From positions 20,644-84,643 of the forward strand of contig JAQGDQ010000882.1 in assembly GCA_030141605.1 (NCBI GenBank): a DNA stretch of 64,000 nucleotides, read 5' to 3'. A model generated the notes under the pieces. It did no database searches and was not told the DNA's origin. It worked only from the letters and a program-made list of their open reading frames with translations. The translations under genes were made by a program, and so were the position numbers. Source of the stretch: Tubiluchus corallicola. Lineage: Eukaryota; Animalia; Priapulida. Shown in pieces: positions 53,901-64,000 of this stretch; position 1 is the stretch's first letter, and every line of letters begins with the position of its first letter.

Positions 53901-56900
53901 TCACAGCTAAATTGTGCAGTGAAATTACAGCTAAATTGTGCAGTGAAATCACAGCTAAACTGCGCTAACTGCATTGATGTTTCAAATGTTTTAATGATAA
54001 AGAAAGTACGTAGATGAAGTACTGAATTATTCGAATCCATAATTATGGCTTCGAATTGAATTAAAAAAGTGGTTTGAATTGAATTTTTGACGCCGACTCC
54101 AGAAGTCGTCCAATGAAAACTGTTTTAGATGACAAAAGGTGTCGTGAAAAATGTAGGAAATGAACAAAAACACTCGTAGATAGGAAGACGTTTATCTTAT
54201 AAATTTAGGTAAGCACCTGTTTCCATTTGCCGTCGCTGTATCCGTAGTGCCATGGTGGCTTGTACTTTTCTAGATACTCCGATCTAATCTGCTTCCTAAA
54301 ACAAAAGTCGAAGACAATGTTTTACATAAATTCTTGCGTTTCACACTTGACTTACGCAACACGGTTGACTGTTATCCTTTTTTATGCGTCTAAAAGCGAA
54401 GCATCAAATTTGTGATGATCATCGTTTTGCACATATATACACTACAATTGTAAGTTTTACAATTACATGTTCGAGTTTCACAAATTTACAATTACAATGC
54501 AAATATTAGCAGCCGAAATTCGACTCTCAAGTCTCCTGTATTTGTATTTGTCGTTTTGTATTCCTTACTCCTTTCATAACATATTCCTTGCAAAATATTA
54601 TAACTATACATATGCAAAATTTCTCTCCATTGATACAAACCATTTTATAATTACTAATTACTTCTGCAAAAATGAGAATATAATCACCTCTCAAAAAACT
54701 AAAACTATAACGTGTAAACCTACTCCCATGACCCTCTTTCTCCAAACTGTTTTTAGCGCTATCCTGTTCTTACTGACCTACCTTACTTTTCCTTTTTCAC
54801 ATTTATTACATAATTCTTTTCTCTCTAGTACAAACTACCTGCACTAACAAATGCCAGGTGCCACTTGCTGGTCGGCCGCTGCTTTGCGATATGCTTCAGT
54901 GCAACCTAAAGACATGTGCTCTCATCTAGGATAGGCTCTGTGGTTATTGCATTTCAAGGACCAATTTTTACATTGGTTTTCATAAACAATACAGTAAATC
55001 CTCGCTTAACAATTCCTCCTTAAGCACATTTCTTTTCGTGCAATTTCTTTTTACTTTATCAGCAAATTTTTTACTTAATTTGATGCATTAGAACAGTACA
55101 CATTGAATTTTTCCGTTCTGAAAATGCACTACTAATGCAAACACTGCCATAATTACATAAATATAGGTTTTTGCTTTCCGACTGACCACTGACCACTAGC
55201 AACGCAAACACAGGCCATAATTACATAAATATACGTCTTTGCTTCCTGACTGACCACTAAGTGCTGGCTGTTTGTATCAAGCAAATCCTGGGAGCAAACT
55301 TTGTGCGAAACAATTTTGCCTGCAACTCGTCGCTATAGCAACCACACTAACTAACTAGATACAATTTGCCCCGGGGCTTGGCTTTGACTCTGCTGCCGGG
55401 TTTATTGTTTTTAACAGCTTCCTAGACTTAAATATTAATGAAAGTGAAACTGCTTGCTAAGCACTGGTACGTAAGGTATATACGTGGTTTTAAGCAAGTA
55501 GAAAAAAAAAATCAGTAGAATAGGACTTATAAAACGTTTAATTTATCGTTTTAGCAGCCCTGATTTTTGAAGTCTTGGCTTCATTTAACAACATTTTGCT
55601 GGACTGCATTAACATCGTTAAGCGAGGACTCACTGTGCACTAATTACTCAATTCTTTTGCATTACTTTCTACTGAAGTCTTGGACTCATTTAACAACATT
55701 TTGCTAGAATGCATTAACATCGTTAAGCGAGGACTCACTGTACACTAATTATCTCAATTCTCTTGCATTACTTTCTATTGAAATCTTGACTTCATTTAAC
55801 AACATTTTGCTGGAATGCATTAACATCGTTAAGCGAGGACTCACTGTGCACTAATTACTCAATTCTTTTGCATTACTTTCTACTGAAGTCTTGGACTCAT
55901 TTAACAACATTTTGCTAGAATGCATTAACATCGTTAAGCGAGGACTCACTGTACACTAATTATCTCAATTCTCTTGCATTACTTTCTATTGAAATCTTGA
56001 CTTCATTTAACAACATTTTGCTGGAATGCATTAACATCGTTAAGCGAGGACTCACTGTGCACTAATTACTCAATTCTTTTGCATTACTTTCTACTGAAAT
56101 CTTGACTTCATTTAACAACATTTTGCTGGAATGCATTAACATCGTTGAGCGAGGACTCACCGTACACTAATTATCTCAATTCAATTCGTTTTAACACAAC
56201 CGTTTTGCACTTTCTTTACTTCTCACTTTAATTCACTTTCTTTACTTACCAATCAGAAGGCTTACTCCAAACTAGATGCAGTTCCAACATCTTTCATACA
56301 TGGTTTGTATGAAATTTGAAGTTTTAATGCTGTTCTCTCTAATTCTGATCATATATCATGTTTAGAAGTCCGATCCTGCCCCCAGGGTCGCACTAACCCC
56401 CCCCCCCCCCCGACGGGGATTTGATGTTAACGTTCTAACTTTCAATCGTACCTGGTTTTCTTGATGGACGTCGGCCGTTCGATCTTTCGTCTGAGTTTCA
56501 CGGATTCGTCGTCCGTTGTGCTACTGTGATCGGTTATGTTTTGTAACTTCTCCACAACTGCGCGGACATCATCTGCTGCATTAGCCGGGGCAATGGTCGA
56601 CGGTCGAAGTGGCGACTTTGAACTGCAGAATAGAAAATGGTTTAATTAATAATATAATTTAATGAATATTTGTAATGCGTGAACGCCCCCCTATACATTA
56701 TCTTAAGTGTTTCAATGTGTGAACGCCCCCCTATACATTATCTTAAGTGTTCTAATGCGTGAACGCCCCCCTATACATTATCTTAAGTGTTCTAATGCGT
56801 GGACACCCCCTATACATTATCTTAAGTGTTCTAATGTGTGACGCCCCCTATACATTATCTTAAGTGTTTCAATGTGTGGACACCCCCTATACATTATCTT

Positions 56901-59686
56901 AAGTGTTCTAATGTGTGAACGCCCCCCTATACATTATCTTAAGTGTTTCAATGCGTGAACGCCCCCTATACATTATCTTAAGTGTTTCAATGTGTGAACG
57001 CCCCCTATACATTATCTTAAGTGTTCTAATGTGTGGACGCCCCCTATACATTATCTTAAGTGTTTTAATGTGTGAACGCCCCCTATACATTATCTTAAGT
57101 GTTCTAATGCGTGAACGCCCCCCTATACATTATCTTAAGTGTTCTAATGCGTGGACACCCCCTATACATTATCTTAAGTGTTTCAATGTGTGAACACCCC
57201 TTATACATTATCTTAAGTGTTTCAATGTGTGGACGCCCCCCTATACATTATCTTAAGTGTTTCAATGTGTGAACGCCCCCCTATACATTATCTTAAGTGT
57301 TTCAATGTGTGGACGCCCCCCTATACATTATCTTAAGTGTTTCAATGTGTGAACGCCCCCCTATACATTATCTTAAGTGTTCTAATGTGTGAACGCCCCC
57401 CTATACATTATCTTAAGTGTTTCAATGTGTAGACGCCCCCCATACATTATCTTAAGTGTTCTAATGTGTGGACACCCCCTATACATTATCTTAAGTGTTC
57501 TAATGTGTGGATGCCCCCTATACATTATCTTAAGTGTTTCAATGTGTGAACGCCCCCTATACATTATCTTAAGTGTTCTAATGTGTGAACGCCCCCCTAT
57601 ACATTATCTTAAGTGTTCTAATGTGTGGACGCCCCCTATACATTATCTTATGTGTTCTAAGGTGTGAACGCCCCCCTATACATTATCTTAAGTGTTCTAA
57701 TGTGTGAACGCCCCCCTATACATTATCTTAAGTGTTTCAATGTGTGGACGCCCCCCTATACATTATCTTAAGTGTTTCAATGTGTGGACGCCCCCCTATA
57801 CATTATCTTAAGTGTTTCAATGTGTGAACACCCCCCTATACATTATCTTAAGTGTTTCAATGTGTGGACGCCCCCCTATACATTATCTTAAGTGTTTCAA
57901 TGTGTGAACGCCCCCCTATACATTATCTTAAGTGTTCTAATGTGTGAACGCCCCCCTATACATTATCTTAAGTGTTTCAATGTGTAGACGCCCCCCATAC
58001 ATTATCTTAAGTGTTCTAATGTGTGGACACCCCCTATACATTATCTTAAGTGTTCTAATGTGTGGATGCCCCCTATACATTATCTTAAGTGTTTCAATGT
58101 GTGAACGCCCCCCTATACATTATCTTAAGTGTTTCAATGTGTGGACGCCCCCCTATACATTATCTTAAGTGTTTCAATGTGTGAACGCCCCCCTATACAT
58201 TATCTTAAGTGTTCTAATGTGTGGACGCCCCCTATACATTATCTTAAGTGTTTCAATGTGTGAACGCCCCCCTATACATTATCTTAAGTGTTTCAATGTG
58301 TGGACGCCCCCCTATACATTATCTTAAGTGTTCTAATGTGTGGACACCCCCCTATACATTATCTTAAGTGTTCTAATACGTGGACACCCCCTATACATTA
58401 TCTTAAGTGTTCTAATGTGTGGACACCCCCTATACATTATCTTAAGTGTTCTAATGTGTGGATGCCCCCTATACATTATCTTATGTGTTCTAATGTGTGG
58501 ACGCCCCCCTATACATTATCTTAAGCATTCTAATGTGTGAACGCGCCCCTATACATTATCTTAAGTGTTCTAATGCGTGGACACCCCCCTATACATTATC
58601 TTAAGTGTTCTAATGCGTGGACACCCCCTATACATTATCTTAAGTGTTCTAATGCGTGGACACCCCCTATACATTATCTTAAGTGTTCTAATGTGTGGAT
58701 GCCCCCCTATACATTATCTTAAGTGTTCTAATGCGTGGACACCCCCTATACATTATCTTGTGTTCTAATGTGTGGACACCCCCTATACATTATCTTAAGT
58801 GTTCTAAAATGTGGATGCCCCCCTATACATTATCTTAAGTGTTCTAATGTGTGGACACCCCCCCCTATACATTATCTTAAGTGTTCTAATGTGTGGATGC
58901 CCCCTATACATTATCTTAAGTGTTCTAATGCGTGAACACCCCCTATACATTATCTTAAGTGTTCTAATATGTGGATGCCCCCCTATACATTATCTTAAGT
59001 GTTCTAATGTGTGGACACCCCCCTATACATTATCTTAAGTGTTCTAATGTGTGGATGCCCCCTATACATTATCTTGTGTTCTAATGTGTGGATGCCCCCT
59101 ATACATTATCTTAAGTGTTCTAATATGTGAACGCCCCCCTATACATTATCTTAAGTGTTCTAATGCGTGGACACCCCCTATACATTATCTTAAGTGTTCT
59201 AATGTGTGAACGCCCCCCTAGACATTATCTTACATGTTCTAATGTGTAGACACCCCCAATACTTACCCTACGTGTTTAGGAATAGGATCGGATTTCACCG
59301 AATCCGACTCCACGTCCAACGGCCGACGCAAACGACTCTCGCGATGCCGATCAGCAGACGTAGACCGAGGAGCCCTCTCTGAAGTGGGCGTGTTTGCAGC
59401 CGACCAATCGCGGTACGAGGAACCGTACTCCGTGAAGGTTCTGTCCTTCATCGGGAACGAAGCCAGGATTTCCGGAGAACTCTTGTGCAATTTCTATAAA
59501 CATGAAAAAATTTAAACTAGAAAAACATTTACAGGATTAAAGTAAATGCCGAGTCATTTTTATAAATATGAAAATCAACAACGCAGGAAGAAAAGAAATA
59601 ATTAAATCGAATAATTACTTAAATACTGGGCTGTCCATGCCCACGCATTTAATGCTTTTAATGCAACAGCAGCAGCAGCAGTAGCG

Positions 59687-59727
<41 letters not shown>

Positions 59728-62700
59728 TGTCAAGGCTTTCCATGAACACACTTTTAATGCAACAGCAGCAGCAGCAACAATGACAACAACAACAACAACA
59801 ATTGTCAAGGCTTTCCATGAACACACTTTTAATGCAACAGCAGCAGCAGCAACAACAATGACAACAACAACAAAAACAACAACAACAATTGTAAAGGCTT
59901 TCCATGAACACGCTTTTAATGCAACAGCAGCAGCAGCAACAATGACAACAACAACAACAATTACCAGGGCTGTCCATGAACACGCTTTTAATGCAACAGC
60001 AGCAGCAGCAACGACAACAACAGCAGCAGTAGCAGTAGCGACAACAACAACAATTATCAGGGCTTTCCATGAACACGCTTTTAATGCAACAGCAGTAGCA
60101 GCAACAATGACAGCAACAACAACAATTATCAGGGCTGTCCATGAACATGCTTTTAATGCTACAGCAGCAGCAGCAACGACTACAACAGCAGCAGTAGCAG
60201 TAGCGACAACAACAACAACAATTGTTAAGGCTTCCCATGAACACGCTTTTAATGCAACAGCAGCAGCAGCAACAACGACAACAACAACAACAATTATCAG
60301 GGCTGTCCATGAACACGCTTTTAATGCAACAGCAGCAGCAGCAACGACAACAACAGCAGCAGTAGCAGTAGCGACAACAACTACAATTGTCAAGGCTTTC
60401 CATGAACACGCTTTTAATGCAACAGCAGCAGCAGCAACAACAACAACAACAACAACAACAACAAACAAGAATTAATTAATAAAATGCTTCAGACGTCATC
60501 AATCTGAACATCTGCGGTTCCCAAATTCTACTAAACTTCGGTTACATGTGACGAATGATGTCACGGCAGGATAAGGACAATTGTCTGAAAAGCATTATGG
60601 GATATCTGCGTCTGCGTTCATCGTGGTGACGCATCGGATTGGGCCAACGAGTTGTCGCGTGTTAAACTTTTTGCGTACAGAAGTTTGTATTTGTGCCGAG
60701 TAACTTTTTTGTACGTGTACAACAAAATGCTTAGAATTTGTGTAGCAGGGAAACGTATTACAGCAATAAGCAATGGTGGAAATCACCGAATTGCGTGTAT
60801 AAGGCAAATGGTACACTGGAAATTGATTAATTTCTTAGCTAATTAGTTAGTTATTTTACAGAAGCGATTGGAATATCATTTCAACGCATTTAGCAATTTC
60901 CCGTTTCTGTTTTGTCAGGACATGTTCCTTAAACTTTCGCAGAAAATTGCTGCTGATGCTGAAGCAGTTCAGGAGGAGGAGGAGGAGGAGGAGGAGGAGG
61001 ATGAGTTTCCATGTGATGAATTTTATTAGTTATTATAATCCCAATAATATCTGTTTTTTTTGGTAATTTTGTCTCCATTTTCCACCCAGTACAATTCAGC
61101 ACAGTGTATCTGCTGTTATGGCAATGCCTGGTATAAAAGCAGCTTCCAAAAACGCCCAACAGATGGGGCTGCAGTCCATATCTATGTGTTCAAATCAAAA
61201 TGTAAAAGAATAAATTCGACTTTTCTTCAAAGGTTGTATTTAGATTGTAGGGGTGAGCAGTCTCTACCAGGAAGCAAATTCGAATCGAATAGAATTTGCA
61301 ACTTTCGAATCGAACCGAATTTCAAAATTTTGCATCCGAATCGAATTCGAATTGAATTTGAAAGATTTTCGAACAAGTTTTCGAACCACTAGTAAAAAGT
61401 GGTCTTACAAAGATCATGCATATTACTCGATTTTGTTCTGCAATAAAACCATTGTGTGTATTTTAAAAAACTTTGCACAGAAATCATAGCTAAATTATGC
61501 TAATTGCATGACGTTTCAAACATTTTAATGATAAAGAACGTATGTGACTGAAGTGCTGAATTATTCGAATCAATAAATTTAGTATAGAATCGAATTTAAA
61601 TGTTCGATGTTCACCTCTATTAAATAGACCTAATGATTTTTATAATCTTGTCAAAAAAGCGCGCCTTAGCAATTTCCCATTTTTATTTTATCAGGACGTT
61701 GCATTATTGATCTTAAAGGCTACTAAGTTTATATATACTTACACCACACATCACAACGGTCAAGCACACTATTTAAAACCACAATGGTCAAGCACACTAT
61801 TTAAAACCACAATTGTCAAGCACACTATTTAAAACCACAACGGTCAAGCACACTATTTAAAACCACAATGGTCAAGCACACTATTTAAAACCACAATGGT
61901 CAAGCACACTATTTAAATACACAATGACACTGGAAGATCGATTAACTCTTTACCCGTTCTCCAAGAACGACAGGAAATGCATCGCTGCCCTTCCACTTGA
62001 ACTGCGTGTTGTACTCAGAAACTCGAGGCGTTTCATTCTTCCGTCTGCCTATACCGGCTCTGTACTTCAATGCCTGGTTGTCCTGTATTAATACACGCGC
62101 TCAGCATTAGGGATGTTACCAAAACAAAATTTTCGTTTACGTAACAGTTTGTGACACGCCTTTACCAGCAATGAGGCTTATCTTCAATTCTGACGACTGT
62201 GAAGTTTTAGGGTCTCCAGGCCCAATAAACCGAAATATGAAATTAAGTTTGAATTTGCTTCAGCAAAATCTCATTTAACTTCATAATTTATGAAATATAG
62301 GCAACAAAATATCTGAAAATTTATTTATTTTTAATGAAACATTGTGATCTTTAAACATTAACTGAATTAATTAATTAAACTGGACCCTGGACGTAAGTCT
62401 CATAACTCAACGACTACCTGTAATGTTAAATAATATTAGACAAGCAAAAAGATTGTATTTAAGATTGTAAATATTTTTAGTAATTGCGGTACTCACCAAA
62501 CCAGATTCAGTTACTCCACGATCCAGGTCAGTTTGAACGAAACCACTACCCTTTGCTCCGTCATTTTCACGTCGCGGTTCATCGAGAGTTTCGGCAGATT
62601 TGGACATTCTATCCGGAGCCTTGGTCAAGCCCTCCGTTGACCGGTACACGGGTCCCATCGAAGAGGAGAGCGCCTTGTCCGGCTTACTGGCTGAGATAGC

Positions 62701-63569
62701 CGGCCTGACTTCGGACGTGGCTCTACGGTTACCGTCTGTGTACGTGGTGTGAGCATGAAGATTTGGTTTAGCCGTCTGTAAAATATGAGTTAATGAAAAA
62801 AACAAGTACATTCATATCTCTGTTTCCCGGGATGTTTTTTTACGGATAACGGAAGAATCGCACAAAATCTGGACCGTTAAAAAGTCGCGCATACTACGAA
62901 CACAGTCCGTTGTTTCGAAAGCTGACCACTAGTTGGCAGGCCGTCACTTTGTTTACATCATTACATAAGTGTAACCACGTGTATATCTCTGTATATAAAA
63001 ATATAGAGTCAATTATGCAGAGTTGTTTGTGTCAATTGCAGACAGTTTTTATATACTTTTGCATAGGAGTGGCCAGTACTTAGGCATTTTTCAGACAATT
63101 AGGCAATTGATTCTACATTACCATGAGTCTAACACACGGCACCTACTGTATTAGTTTAGTATTGGTAAATACGGACAATCGGCAAATACAGATAATTGGC
63201 AAATTCGGACCGATGTCTCCCCGCTTTCCTCCGGCAAACTGAGATATGAGTGTAATAGTTTACATGAAACAGTAAAGTTTAATAGGCACCCGGTTACAAG
63301 AACTGTTACTTACGCATTAAGTAAAAGCGATGTTGATGTTAAGCTACAAGAATAGAATGAGTGACGAAGAAGCTAATGAAAGAAAAATGAAAGTGAATCT
63401 GTTTAAAATAAAACCTTCATGTATCTGATACCAGCTGCTGGAACCTCTTTAGGTTCGTCTAGTGACATCTTGCTTTTTATTGGTTTTCTTCCTCGTTCTT
63501 TCTCTTTGGCACTTCCGGCCTTTTCCACTTTTTGAGGTTCGAACTTGGGTCCCGACAATGCGGTCCAGG
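44933..63569 (-). CDS. MDM1: Nuclear protein MDM1-like (centriolar microtubule-binding), 5' partial; exons 63415-63569, 62497-62775, 61954-62082, 59267-59493, 56452-56622, 54217-54295, 52108-52322, 50819-50917, 50420-50514, 49631-49705, 47948-48130, 46607-46798, 44933-45096
   Basis: 13 GT-AG exons join in frame (~687 codons). Repeated SEY/TEY motifs (VSEYNTQFKW, FTEYGSSYRDW, RSEYLEKYKPPWHYGYSDGKW), WYSIVQELRGKADAYRKRARGTEFSRERLAQL and C-terminal SSSSLASEVLKRARKHRDEFWGK resemble vertebrate MDM1 blocks. A few donor sites have alternatives. Confidence 0.85.
45795..46335. repeat. ~130-bp tandem repeat (4 copies)
   Basis: TATATTTCAATAGTTCAGAGGTGTTCAGTTGTGATGTAGTGCACACG... repeated; related to the dispersed repeat at 36170-36510 and 52445-53060. 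Confidence 0.9.
48370..49590. repeat. ~61-bp minisatellite containing an assembly gap (N 48822-49127)
   Basis: Unit GATGAGGATGCCTTAGAAACTTAGCTTCAAGCACCAACGTTGAGAGATGTGTTGTAAAAAT on both sides of 306 Ns. Confidence 0.95.
49752..50350. repeat. 18-bp minisatellite
   Basis: Unit GTTTAAGATGTATGCACT. Confidence 0.95.
51087..51564. mobile_element. piggyBac-type MITE
   Basis: TTAA-CCCTTTCA ... TGAAAGGG-TTAA; subterminal palindrome GTATCC(C/T)GTGGGATAC near both ends. Confidence 0.85.
55570..56180. repeat. ~106-bp tandem repeat
   Basis: CATTTAACAACATTTTGCTGGAATGCATTAACATCGTTAAGCGAGGACTCACTG repeated about 6 times. Confidence 0.92.
56674..59257. repeat. 39-40-bp minisatellite (~65 copies) filling an MDM1 intron
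   Basis: Unit CCCCCTATACATTATCTTAAGTGTTCTAATGTGTGGACG. Confidence 0.97.
59625..60465. repeat. Composite minisatellite with (ACA/GCA)n spacers
   Basis: GGCTTTCCATGAACACGCTTTTAATGCAACAGC alternating with variable trinucleotide runs. Confidence 0.92.
61752..61925. repeat. 28-bp minisatellite
   Basis: Unit CCACAATGGTCAAGCACACTATTTAAAA. Confidence 0.92.
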
Positions 63570-64000
63570 CTGAAAAAGTAGACAAAAGCGACATTAGAGA
63601 AATTGCCCTAACTCATTGGAAGAAAGTTTAAAATTCTACCAATATGAAAACTACCAAAACGCAAATAAAATATGGTCGCCCTGGAAAATAAGGAACACCT
63701 CCCGGAACAGAAAGAATCATCCCTTAAATCGGGTGCCCTTTGAAATAGAACTAAATAGAATAAGTATGACGAAATAATTACAATTATGTAGCGAGGCATA
63801 GGAAATGCATGTGCCAATTTGGAAAAGATACATTAAGACTGGCATGGCAAGTTTAGCTTAATCGCCAGAGGGAGCAGCATACCGGCATACAGGTGACTTC
63901 CCCCTGTCTGTGAGCAAATTTACGCTCAATTTCCGGAAGGGCCGGCATTAAATTTGCACTCTGCCATCATCTTAGATGATTAGTTTTGATGACGAATCGG

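Noticed and set aside
56245-56345. Extra MDM1 cassette exon (strong minus-strand GTAAGT donor near 56249)
   Set aside because: The frame required by the upstream exon contains a stop, and the flanking exons already join in phase.
59625-60465. CRISPR-like pattern of a constant repeat with variable spacers
   Set aside because: The spacers are only ACA/GCA trinucleotide runs, the context is eukaryotic, and there are no cas genes.

Overview
AT-rich, repeat-laden genomic DNA from a metazoan, probably an invertebrate. Four host genes can be assembled by hand with GT-AG junctions and consistent phases. RPS23 (minus, 4 exons, 143 aa) and ATP6AP1/Ac45 (plus, 9 exons, 453 aa) sit head-to-head with only 90 bp between their ATGs. 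An intronless syntaxin-18 gene is nested on the same strand in ATP6AP1 intron 1. An MDM1-like gene (minus) has 13 exons visible and its 5' end lies outside the window. Between the converging 3' ends of ATP6AP1 and MDM1 is a full-length BEL/Pao LTR retrotransposon (36770-44453; ~440-bp LTRs about 96% identical; TACTA target-site duplication). The main finding is in its gag ORF, which carries in frame an N-terminal SAP motif and an intronless glycogenin (GT8) domain ahead of the normal BEL Gag core. That domain keeps the DXD and UDP-binding motifs but lacks the self-glucosylated Tyr and the HFxG..KPW segment. The rest of the window is MITEs (hAT, piggyBac, TA-flanked), LINE 3' remnants, tRNA-derived repeats, many minisatellites and one 306-N gap. 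Family calls come from recalled motifs, not database searches.
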